Positions 24,680 to 36,194 of a stretch of DNA of 36,194 nucleotides are shown here, one piece after another. The notes beneath the pieces were generated by a model. The model worked only from the letters and a program-made list of their open reading frames with translations. It ran no database searches and had not been told where the DNA came from. A program made the position numbers and the translations under genes. Numbering within the stretch: the stretch's first letter is position 1; every line of letters begins with the position of its first letter. The stretch comes from Priapulus caudatus. Lineage: Eukaryota. The stretch spans positions 695,295 through 731,488 of the forward strand of contig NW_014577078.1 of assembly GCF_000485595.1 (NCBI RefSeq), in the 5' to 3' direction.

Positions 24680-26216
24680 CGTGGTGTTTATCCGAGTAAA
24701 TGCGATGTGTTTAACTGATAAGTGCTCGTGGTGGAACTTTCGTATCGTGATAGCGTGACGTCATGGGGGACGTGCTGGGTGTTAGTTATATCGTCGGTGA
24801 TATTACGTCGAGCGAGAGAGATCGGTGGTAGAGCGTCGCTATCTGCGGGGGTTTCCTCCTTGTTTGAAACGACCTGCGCTCTCGTTCACTCGCAGCGTTC
24901 ACCGTCAGTTTGACGTGCTAGAAAGTCTCATGACGTGAAACGCTGCTGTCTGTTTCACGAATGTTTGCCGTTGAACTGTCGCGCTGAGACGTCATTCTCA
25001 CAAAAATGTCGCATTGGACCGGTCGAACACGCGAGTCCATGATCAGTAGAGCTCAAGCCAAACCCGGATGTCACACATTGTTTAGCCTAACGTGAGTTGC
25101 TAAGCCGGTTAACCAAGTCTCTGAATGAGGAAATACCCGCGCTTGCCTCCAGGCGTCTGCTACCGCATCGGTGGGTCTCTAAAAGATGTTTCTAAGCGTT
25201 TAGCCTGATTTGTCACGAAATTTTTGCGACACCTCGCAGATACTATATATCATTTAATAGCATAAAGGTAACAGCGAAAAGGGCTTGTTAATGTGTAATT
25301 GCTTTCATTGGTCAAGTGTTTGAGCCGAAACAATATTTGCATGGCACATTCCTGTACATTATTGTCTTACAATCAATCACTACTGTAAAGGAAAATAATT
25401 AAAACTATCAACAATAAGACAATATTTATCTACGTTAGTATAGATTAAATATTGTAATTTTCGTGTCAATTTCAATCTAGTAAAATGTGAGAAAGATACA
25501 AAATATATGATTAAATAGAGTGAATGGTTGGTTATTCAGTGTTGAAATGATGAGAAAATTCGCATTTTCTTTCATTTCCTATCCTTTTTTTCTTATTGTA
25601 GGAGTAGTTACTCGGGGTAAAAACGCAAATCTTATGCTGCTTATGTAGAAATTTAACCATAATCTCGAAAAGATCATTTCGAGGTGATCTCGAAAGCGCC
25701 ATTGAACTCGTGCGTGGAATAACGATTTCAAGTTTCACCTGAATTGCCGAAATTCACTTAGGCCTTAGGGGAATTCTCTACTCCCTCCGCCGGAAACAGT
25801 TGTTCTAGTAATTCCGTGGCGGCGGTAACACGTATATTGACCTGGGTCAACTCAAGTCGTTCATTAGTATGCGGCCTAGTATGCCGCAGGCGCTTGACTT
25901 GACAGTAAACTATAATTGAGACTAACCCGTATCAGGCGCCTGCTGTCGGTGCGGTTGCCGACTAGGTCTGGTCCTCTGTGGAACTGTGTATTATAAGATC
26001 TATGCACAAGTTAATCGTAAAGCGCGTCACTCGCTTATTTTACCATAATAACGAAAATCGTCGAACTTTTACGATGAGGCATCTCAAATACTTTGCGGTC
26101 GATTCCGTTGATGTTCTTATCTTTCTTTCCTCCCACCTTCATCGATCTGAGTATATACTTTGCCGTAACACACCGGTAATGTAGGCTTTAGGTCGCGGTA
26201 AACAGGTTGCATGAGC

Positions 26217-26470
26217 CAGTGGCGCCCGCAGATAGAAGCACTGGAAGCACAGTGCTTCCAGTAAATTTTGGGTTAAACAATTTTGTTCCTACATTTTGTT
26301 CCTAAATCTCTCTCGCAAGACTCAGCAGATTGCATCTCCAGACGTCTACCATTCAAAATTTTTTAGGGGAGGGGGCATGCCCCCAGACCCCCTAGCATGC
26401 AGCGCGCCTACGGCGCTTGCTTTTTATTATCACTGAGCTTCGACTTTCTTAAGACCTGGGGGCGCCAGTG
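26217..26470. mobile_element. Non-autonomous hAT-type MITE (254 bp)
   Basis: TIRs CAGTGGCGCCCGCAG and CTGGGGGCGCCAGTG match at 13/15. Perfect 8-bp TSD GCATGAGC at 26209..26216 and 26471..26478. Internal hairpins ACTGGAAGC..GCTTCCAGT and GGGGGCATGCCCCC. Confidence 0.9.
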
Positions 26471-27252
26471 GCATGAGCGCTCTGTATATTTTGCAATTAG
26501 TATTTTAAAGTTAGACGTAGATACTGATTAATTGTACTGCTAAATAGCCCAGCTGTTTTAGAAAGCATTCACATTAAGTAGAGGGCAACAGGAAATATGG
26601 CCGCAAAACGTATACCGGTTGTTAAAAGAATGTATAATTGAGAAACTGAGAAACAATAATTGGAGAATACTCGCCTCTTTCTCTTTCTACTAGATCACTG
26701 CGTTTGGCCCGAGGCTCTATTTTCAATAGTTATGTCACTTGTTGGCCAAGACAAGTAAATTGGTGGTTTATTGTGAATTTTTGTTGCAGAAAAAATAAAT
26801 ACTTCTGACGCAAAATGGATTGCCGAACGTTTACAAAATATGGCGTATGCGTAATGCGTCATATGCGCAAGACACGGTTTACATATATATTTGACACAAA
26901 AATACCTTCATTCCCGCCCATCTTAACTACTTTACCACCAAAGTATGCAATAATTCCCAAACAAATATTGTTTGTTATCCAGTTGAATAATATATCTAAC
27001 TGTTACAGGGTATAACGTTCCTGCGCCGATACCGGTTTGAATGCGTACTATAAATTACAACGCACGCATCTGGCTACTTACCCTATGTGTTCGCAACCAG
27101 AAATACTTTAATTTAGGCGATGCTTGGCGGTGTTTACTATTGCTCTTATAGTGGTAAAATATCGGATTATTAGCCGACAGCATTCCGATGAAATTTAGAA
27201 TCTTCTATGTGGGGTTACTAACCGCTTCCTAACCGTGCATCAGAACAATAAA

Positions 27253-27304
27253 TATCAGAGCCGTATATAGAGATATACGCTATTCTCTATATACGGCTCT
27301 GATA
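27253..27304. repeat. Perfect 21-bp inverted repeat with 10-nt loop (possible minimal TIR element)
   Basis: TATCAGAGCCGTATATAGAGA-tatacgctat-TCTCTATATACGGCTCTGATA. Confidence 0.8.
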
Positions 27305-28309
27305 AATATGATGTTGCAGTGCCATCTACCGAGGGTAAACTCAACTACACTAAAGTACAGTATTCCTTCTTTTCAGCGGTTGTCGGGGGCGCCAATTATT
27401 CCCAAAGTGGAAATTGGTCTCATAAATGATTTCAGATAATTTCCTCGGGCGCCTCACAGTAATATACCCAACGTAATCCCTATCCCCTAACATACCTACC
27501 ACTACCACTTGGATCGATCCTAGCTGAACCCCATGAAACAGCGCAAAGGACGCGTCTTGGGGCGACCCCAACCGATATAAACACACTACTCCACAACCAC
27601 TCCCTTTGTCCAATTAGCACCAGTCTACGTATACGTTCCCCCCCCCCACACAACCCCCCCTGCCGCTCCCAAGCCCGCCCCCCCCCGATGCAGGAGCCAA
27701 AGCCTAGTCGCGCACACGATGCACCCTGTATCGATTCGACGCCGACCACCCAACCCCGTAGCTTCTGCCCATGACCGCGCACATCCTCGAACAGAAGAAC
27801 ACTGGCCCCGCCGAGCGCCGCCGGCCGCCCGCCGCCGTCGCCACAAACCACGACCAATTCACAGTTCCACTCCCCCTACCGCCCTCGCCGGTACCACCCC
27901 CTCCCCCTCGACACATGCCACAAGTCGACCATCTGCAGGCCGCGCCTCGGCACATACTACCTCTCCTACTCCCTCCCACTGCCACCAACGACTGCATATA
28001 ATTTATCAACAGTCGTACTCACGAGCGCACACAGACGCACACTAGCGAGTCCCCCCGTTGTACGATCGTCCAGCTATCAGCCCTCAATACCACCTCACTC
28101 ACTCAAGCTAAACACAGCCCCGTTCCCGCCCGCTATACACCAACCCATCAATCCAATAACAGCCACACAGACACCACACAGCCTGCCGACCACTATTCCA
28201 GATTTGCACCCTTGCGGACATCCGTCGCCACAATAATTCGACCCAAACTTAAACAACCGATCTCCTCGACCGTGTGATCGTATACACGAACCCCGCGTAG
28301 ATATCGTCA

Positions 28310-29140
28310 AGAATGCAGTGTGCATAAAGGAATCCTAATCTGCTCCCGGAAACTCGCTGCAAAATTTGGACGTGACCGCAATTATGTTCGGTAATTTCTG
28401 GCGGCAATATACTGATTTCCTTTGATCGAGCAATCTCATAGGCGTAGACTTGATGCTGTACAGTTGCATTCGGTTCCCACGATATATTATATGATCTTTC
28501 ACTAATCGGTGGCGTGGTACAACTCAATCAGAAGTAATGTTAAACCGAATCAGATCGCACGAAATGCATCGAAAACAACAGCCCCTGTTAGCCGAAAATG
28601 CGCGATTTAGGATTTTTGGCATTTGATTCTTGGCCTCACAACGCCTAGTAACGGGGAGGCCTCTTCAGCGCCCCAAAAAAAACCTCCATTGCATTTAAGA
28701 GAGATGCAGGTGTTATCTCAGGTTCTCATTGGATATCCTTTCAGTTAAAATTGTTAACAATAGCTAAGGTCAGCAATCTCTTAAAGTTAAAGATTTGGCG
28801 ACGACAAATACATCCGACAGGGCAAGCATCTCGCAACAACCTTAATGAATATGCTTGTGAATGAACCTATCACTGATCCGTCGTAGCCAAAGCGACTGTG
28901 TAATCTGTAGGGCCGGTATGACATGGTGTGCCTAGGATATAAATTGTGAAAGACGCCTCTCAACTGCTGTCAAATTGGCTCCAATAGTCTGGCCATGAAT
29001 GCACGCGTTAGGTGGGACTACACATATTCGTCCCAGCGGCATCCTAATTTTGATGTTACTCGTGTTAGAACCACGCAGAGCGCAGGTAGAAATTACGATT
29101 TATAAGAAATGCAAAAATAAATATAGTTACTCGTGGCCCT
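28310..29140 (+). repeat. Noisy third copy of the distal duplicated segment
   Basis: Matches 31618..32025 directly and ~33808..34575 in reverse complement. For example, GGCTCCAATAGTCTGGC at ~28977 pairs with GCCAGACTATTGGAGCC at ~33938. Confidence 0.85.
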
Positions 29141-29814
29141 CGCGATGGATGCGCGCCCATGATCGCCCCCGCAGGTGGGGCGAGGATTGCACCACCCTTC
29201 TCGCTGTCCTTCCCCAATCCAGGCCTACCCCCGACTGCCCCCCCCCCAACCCCCAGTGATCTCTTTATATCTCTTGTGAAATATGGAACGACCCCATTGG
29301 ACACCGACACCTCAGCGACTTCCTCATAGAAGACCTAGGGGACATTACTGGCTAGGCCGAAGCTAGAAACGCGTTTCGCTACGATAGAGTTTGGCACAAA
29401 TACGAAAATAACAACCGTTAGCACGCACGCCTCGCGCATACGTCCTTCTTCTGTGCATTTTCGCTATCCCGTAATCAGAATGAAGCCCCGTCTTACTCGT
29501 TGATGGGCATCGCGAAATGGGCGTCAACGACCGTCGACGGCGTCTACTGCGGCTCATCAAGGGTGCATGTCCCCCCTGGGTTATAGCCGGAACCGTTAAC
29601 ACTGGGTACAGGTCCGGTATACCGGAACGCATACCCTGGTAACTATCTGTTGTTTAAGGTCTAGAGGTTTAGGAGGGTCTAGGGTTAGGGAGTAGGCAGT
29701 AGGCACCCCTACCCCTAAGAGCTCGATAATAAATAGGCAGTAAGCCGCGAGTACACCTGGGCAGCCAATATTAACGAATAGACAAAACAGCAAGACGGCA
29801 CCCCATACACTTAA

Positions 29815-32036
29815 CGTGATATTATTAGCTCTGGTAGCGCCACAGGGTATGTCTCGGTATACCGCAGACCAGGTAAGAGTTACCGAGCAGCGTACCCTCG
29901 AGGGACAATAGACGCCTCGTCAGACGTATATGCGTGTAGGTGATTCTGGCAGACTGTGTTGCTTTTCGTAAATAATGAAAGGGCCAGCATGCATTTCGCA
30001 CCAGAGGTGGAATTAAATTAGGGCGTTTTTCACACGCCGCTTTTCGTTCACTCTGAACATTAGATTTCTTAAAATTAAATTTCCGAAATCCTAACGAACG
30101 CAGCTACCTATTGTTTAGCACGAATGAACGTAGACTGTGTGTGGAACGTCTGCCCGCGGCGCTTGTATGTTGGCTTAGGCAGGCTTGCTCGAAATGCGAT
30201 ATGGAAGGCACGCAGTCCTCGTCAACGCGTGTTTGTTTACATATAAGCTTGTGACATCAGATGGGCGGTGCGGGAGTTCTGCGATGCTAACCTGTAATTC
30301 TCAGCATTTCTTAAGTGTGCATGGAAACATTTTACCAATTTACGTGTGTGTCAGTAAGTCACGGAATATATGTCACAGCTAGTCACTAACCATTATGTTT
30401 AACCAGAGTATTAACCCAGCGTAAGTTTACAGTACGTTACCCTATTTTGCACACAGGCGGTCGTCATGTGTGAAAATTTGTGTGAAATTTATTTTATTGA
30501 GCGGTTCCGTGCCTGTGACTTTCATATCCAGTCTTAGATACGTCAATGCACGTGCGCCAAAGCGCATAACTCAACACAATTCTCATCTCTGTATTGTTTA
30601 CGCTGAATCGTGATTGATCAGGGAGGGTGGCATGTAAGAGGAGACATTTTCTATTGGGGTGCCGAAAAACACAATTCCACTTGAAATTTCATGGGCCATT
30701 ATTCAATTGGAAGCTCTGCTAATGCGACCCGCGCCACAGCCTTTGACTGACTAGTCGAGAAATTCAAAGGTCTGATATATTGCTTCTATTTTATCCGCGA
30801 TAGATACTTGATTAAGAACAAATCTTCAGTTGCTTATCTTCATATAAATTAAGACCGATCCGCTGACCGCTGTGGAGTACGTGCGCCGGGCCTCGAATTT
30901 GGCGCACGGTCTCCAACTGCGGAACAGCGCTTCATACTTGAACATCCCCGCGGTCGCGTGCGCATATCAGGGAAACAGGCGCGTCTCATTCCGCCGCAGC
31001 GCTCAGGATCACAGCCAAAGCTGTGCCAACGCTAATACTTATCATTCTCCTTTGGTATGTGTTCAAGACGACAATGTTTGAAAAGAAAGGAAATTACTGT
31101 AACTTTNNNNNNNNNNNNNNNNNNNNNNNNNTGGAATGTTAGTAGAATGCGCGCGACGCCCGTTTGGGAAATATATACTATTCATTTTGTCCAAATTAGA
31201 AACAGTCTATAGTTGTCGATCGCGGAGAACGCTAGTGGAACGTGGCACTGTAATGATTGACGCACAAGCCCGTGTTTGCAGACGCGACATCTCAACAGAA
31301 GAAATGCGCGAGCGCGCGCTCGCGCGCGTGAAACAAGACAAATTAAGTATACACGGTACATCGAAATGCCAAAGTTCGAATTCGCTCGGCCTACATATTT
31401 ATTCTGCAGATGGATATCAATTTATGTCGTTCGACGAGGGAGAATGCGAGCGTTGTACGATGTCCCAGCTATAGCATTCACCTATTAAGTAACAGCCGTT
31501 CCGCTAACTTCCCTGCAGGCAGCTGCGACACTATTCAGATTTGCATTGCGGGTACATGTCGATATTCGACAAATAAAAGCTTCTCGTGTGTCGAATACCG
31601 ACACGCGTAGTATGTCAGAATTCAGTGTGCATAAAGCGAATCTAATTGCTCCGAGAAATCGCTGCAAAATTTGGACGTGACGCCAATTATGTTCGCGTAA
31701 ATTTTCGCGCAATATATGATTTCCTTTGATCGAGCAACTTCATAGCGTAGACTTCATGCTGTAAGTTGCAATGCGGTTTTACGATATATATATATATGAC
31801 TTTTCACTAATTTCGTGTGCGTTTACTATAGAAGTATGTTAACCGAAAATAATCGCACGAATGCATCGAAAACAACAGCCCTGCTTAGCGAAATGCGATT
31901 GGTTTTTGCATTTGATTTGCGTCATCCAACGCCTAGTAAACGCCTCTTCCGCCCCACAAAAAAACCTCATTGCTATTAAAGAGATGCTTACCTTAGGTTC
32001 TTTGGATATATTTTCAGTTAAAATTGCGTTAAAATG
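29815..32036 (+). repeat. Left arm of ~2 kb inverted duplication (interrupted by ~160 bp extra sequence and a 25-N gap at 31107..31131)
   Basis: 29815..30942 is the reverse complement of ~35060..36145, and 31132..32036 is the reverse complement of 34155..35054. Confidence 0.92.
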
Positions 32037-32045
32037 TTATGTCTT

Positions 32046-32089
<44 letters not shown>

Positions 32090-32768
32090 GCGCGAGGAAA
32101 TTATCTGAAATCATTATATGGAGACGAATTTCCCACTTTGGGAAATATTGGCGCCGACACCGCCTCTTTTGTTCAGGTATTGACAGAGCTCGCTTGGACT
32201 GCAATGGTCGCTAGGGATAATCATTTTGGTTGGGGGAAAGGGAATGGTCACGTGAGAAATTGGGCCCATGGAGATGAATAGATATTGGCTTGACATTGCT
32301 TGTTCATGTTGATCGTCTCTTGTATCACGAAAATTGGCGTAAGAATGGTGTACGTAAATCGCATTAGGCGTGATGGAAATACAAAATCGCACAGTAAAGC
32401 ATAGTCATATGTATTCATTCATTTATCCATCTATTCATTCATTCATTCTTAGTATTTTATTATCTGTGGGGACAGTTGGAATAACCATCATCTATAAAAA
32501 CATTTTAAAATGTCATCATTCACGATAACGGTTTAATGAAATAATCTGAAGTAATCTAAACTAATTCAACTAATCTAACTAATAACTAATCTAACTAATA
32601 ATCTAAATAATAAGTGAACTAATCTACCTTCACAGTTGGAACAGATACAGAGTGATTTATGTGTACTTCTGATAGCATAATACACAATGAGAGCATCAAT
32701 GTTTCACACCCGGCAACCTTAATCAAATTGAGTGTCGTTATGGTTAGTTGAACGAATAATAACAGCTA

Positions 32769-32774
<6 letters not shown>

Positions 32775-32832
<58 letters not shown>
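32775..32832. repeat. (CA)n microsatellite
   Basis: Perfect CA run. Confidence 0.96.
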
Positions 32833-32834
<2 letters not shown>

Positions 32835-33729
32835 TACACACACAAACACGCGTACACACGCACACCTACACGCACATACGCATATACGTACACATGGGTG
32901 TACGTACATACGCATACGCCGGCAATAACGGGCGCATATAATATTAGGCTAAAATTATGCCATATATCTGCAGACTCCCAATTATTAGGCTTCATATCGT
33001 ATGATAGGATAACAAACAGCTAATTTTTTAAATATTATTGTTCGTGAAATGCGAACGTTACTATGCGTCACTGGTCACTGTCGCTGCACTGATTCAACCA
33101 TGCTGACCTAATGAAGGTCATAGGGTCATGAGGAATAACTGAGATGTGCGTACAGAATTCTGATTGTAGGCCCATCGCCTACACATAAACCAATTTAACT
33201 GTCCACTTGCGCATGCGAATTGCTTATTTCTTGCCCATAAAACAAGCTGACTCGCATATGAATTGATTATTCATTGCCCGGCAACAACAAAAAAAACTAG
33301 CTTAACTCCGTATTCCCTTCTAAAAAACACTCGTATAACGAAAAATAACGCAGAAAGAAGACGCCGCTTTGGTCTGTAACCGTGGCACGCTTAGACGCAG
33401 AGAAACGGAGAGATTTACCATTAAAAATGCACATCGCGATGCCCGACTGCCCGAGCAATCGTGCGCAAGGAGATACGCGGAGGAGACGCGGCTTGCTGCG
33501 CTGTATTCTCATTCTAACGACGTGCCAGAGTTCCGGTGTCGGCGTGGGCACGCTAGCTATCGCCGCCGACGGGATGTAATACTAGCACCCTGCGGAAACC
33601 CTGGATGCGTAGCGAGCTTCGGCGTAACCGGATACGCAGCGCAGCGGAAGGCTTAGATCAATCGCGGCCAGGGTCGTAACAGGATAGGTCACGCCCCGGG
33701 ATGGACACGTCTTTGCCTCGGAAGCAGTC

Positions 33730-33802
33730 GGGGATATACGTCGTTAAGGGATACGTCGCTAGGGGATACGTCACGAGAGGATACGTCGCTAGGGGATACG
33801 TC
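33730..33802. repeat. 15-bp minisatellite (GGGATACGTCGCTAG-like), ~5 copies
   Basis: An ATACGTC core recurs at 15-bp spacing. Confidence 0.88.
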
Positions 33803-34154
33803 TACGTCCAGGGCCACATAATATATTATTTGCATTCTATAAATCGCTAATATTCTACTCGCTTGCTGTTCTAACACCGTAACACAAAATAGGATGCGCT
33901 TACGAATATGTCTACTCCCCCTAACGCCGTGCATTCATGCCAGACTATTGGAGCCAATTTGACAGCATTGAGAGCGTCCTTCACAATTTAATTATCCTAG
34001 GCATCACATGTCAACCGCCATACAAGATTACACAGTCGTTTGGCTACGACGATCAGTGATAGGTTCATTCACAAGCATAATTATAAAGGTTGCGAAGATG
34101 CTGTGTGATGTTTGGTCGTCGCCATCTTTAACTTTAAAGAGATGCTGCACCTAG

Positions 34155-36145
34155 CATTTTAACCAATTTTAACTGAAAATATCCAAAGAACCTAAGGTAA
34201 TGCATCTCTTTAAATAGCAATGAGGTTTTTTTGTGGGGCGGAAGAGGCGTTTACTAGGCGTTGGATGACGCAAAATCAAATGCAAAAACCAATCGCATTT
34301 CGCTAAGCAGGGCTGTTGTTTTCGATGCATTCGTGCGATTATTTTCGGTTAACATACTTCTATTAGTAACACGCACCTGAATTAGTGAAAAGTCATATAT
34401 ATATATCGTAAAACCGCATTGCAACTTACAGCATGAAGTCTACGCTATGAAGTTGCTCGATCAAAGGAAATCATATATTGCGCGAAAATTTACCGAACAT
34501 AATTGGCGTCACGTCCAAATTTTGCAGCGATTTCTCGGGAGCAATTAGATTCGCTTTATGCACACTGAATTCTGACATACTACGCGTGTCGGTATTCGAC
34601 ACACGAGAAGCTTTTATTTGTCGAATATCGACATGTACCCGCAATGCAAATCTGAATAGTGTCGCAGCTGCCTGCAGGGAAGTATAGCGGGAACGGCTGT
34701 TACTTATATAGGTGAATGCTATAGCTGGGACATCGTACAACGCTCGCATTCTCCCTCGTCGAACGACATAAATTGATATCCATCTGCAGAATAAATATAG
34801 GCCGAGCCGAATTCGAACTTTGGCATTTCGATGTACGTGTATACTTAATTTGTCTGTTTCACGCGCGCGCGCGCTCGCGCATTTCTTCTGTTGAGATGTC
34901 GCGTCTGCAAACACGGGGCTTGTGCGTCAATCATTACAGTGCACGTTCCACTAGCGTTCTCCGCGATCGACAACTATAGACTGTTTCTAATTTGGACAAA
35001 ATGAATAGTATATATTTCCCAAACGGGCGTCGCGCGCATTCTACTAACATTCCAATATTTTCAAGTATGAAGCGCTGTCCGCAGTGGAGACGTGCGCCAA
35101 ATTCGAGGCCCGGCGCACGTCTCCACAGCGGTCAGCGGATGGTCTGTAGTTTTAGAAGATAACAATGAAGACTTTGTTCTAAATAAGAACTATCGGCGGC
35201 TAAATAAGAGCAATATACAGACCTTTGAATTTCTCGACTAGTCAGTCAAAGGGCTTGTTGGGGGTCCATTATGCAGAGCTTCCAATTGAAATGGCCCATG
35301 AAATTGTCAAGTGGAATTGTGTTTTTCGGCACCCCAAAGAAAATGTCTCCCTCTTACATGCACCCCCTCCTTGATCAATCACGCATTCAGGCGTAAACAA
35401 TAACAGAGATGAAATTGTGTTGAGTTTATGGCTCTTGGCGCACGTGCATTGACGTACAAGACTGATGAAAGCACAGGCACTTGGAACGCCTCAATAAAAA
35501 TAAATCTTCACACAATTTTTCACAATGATCGACCGCCTGTGTGCAAAATAGGTAAACGTATGTGAAACATAATGGTTAGTACTTACTGTGACATATATCC
35601 GTGACTTACTGACACCACTAAATTGGTAAAATGTTCCATGCACCTTAAGAAATGCTGAGAAATTACGAGGTTAGCATCGCAGAACTCCCGACACCGCCCA
35701 TCCTGATGTCACAAAGCTATATGTAAACAAACACGCGTGTTGCGAGGTGCGTGCCTCCGATATCCATTTCGAGGCACGCTAAGCCAAGCATAAAGCGCGC
35801 GGGCAAGAGACGTCACACACACAGCTACGTTCATTGGCTAAAACAATCGAGTAGCGTGGTTAGGAATTTTCGGAATTATTTAATTTTAAGAAAAACTGCA
35901 ATGTTCAATGAGTGACGCACTCTTTCACTTCCGAAAGCGGGTAAAAATGCCTAATTTTTCCACTTCGGTGCGAAATGCATCGGCCGTGCCTTTCATTATT
36001 TACGAAAAGCAAACAGTCTCGCCAAACACCTACACGCAGTAACGCTGAGAGGGTCTATGTCCCTCAGGGTACTGCCGGAACGTACCCTGGGTACGGTCCG
36101 GTATACCGGAACGTACCCTGGTACCAGAGCATATAAATCAACGTA
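34155..36145 (-). repeat. Right arm of ~2 kb inverted duplication
   Basis: Reverse complement of 29815..32036. Here the two sub-blocks are contiguous (…AACATTCCAATATTTTCAAGTATGAAGC…). Confidence 0.92.
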
Positions 36146-36194
36146 CATATCGACACGAACGTATCTATCGCGATACGTGATTTATATGCTCTGG
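36124..36194. repeat. 17-bp perfect inverted repeat at window end
   Basis: CCAGAGCATATAAATCA (36124..36140) and TGATTTATATGCTCTGG (36178..36194). Confidence 0.8.

Noticed and set aside
23570..24758. Antisense and alternate-frame ORFs (up to 240 aa) overlapping the UGT
   Set aside because: Expected shadow ORFs of a GC-rich coding sequence.
27470..28300. C-rich island with Pro-rich and Gly-rich ORFs
   Set aside because: Composition and position (between a clean contig end and a noisy duplicate) fit low-quality raw read sequence.
29660..29720. Telomere-like TTAGGG motif
   Set aside because: Only one or two degenerate units, not a tandem telomeric array.
31136..34979. Paired similar ORFs on opposite strands (for example 31276..31488 and 34471..34914)
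   Set aside because: Result of the inverted duplication. Frames are not preserved between copies and no domain is recognisable.

Overview
Eukaryotic genomic scaffold from a draft assembly, most likely an invertebrate animal (microsatellite-rich, no obvious CpG depletion, animal-type membrane UGT). The only well-supported protein-coding gene is a single-ORF, apparently intronless UDP-glycosyltransferase (GT1/UGT, 514 aa, 23135..24679, minus strand) with an atypical sugar-binding signature ending ADE instead of DQ. Mobile DNA includes a 254-bp hAT-type MITE with a perfect 8-bp TSD, a ~560-bp probable solo LTR with a 4-bp TSD, and several tiny TIR hairpins. The striking multi-kb direct and inverted duplications (about 0.2-18.4 kb and 27.4-36.1 kb) look like assembly artifacts. 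The copies differ by scattered single-base indels typical of raw long reads, they sit next to exact 25-N gaps, and a homopolymer-shortened 454 paired-end linker is left in the sequence at 2343..2377. I see no convincing novel multi-gene system. Nearly all other ORFs in the track are translations of microsatellites or antisense frames.
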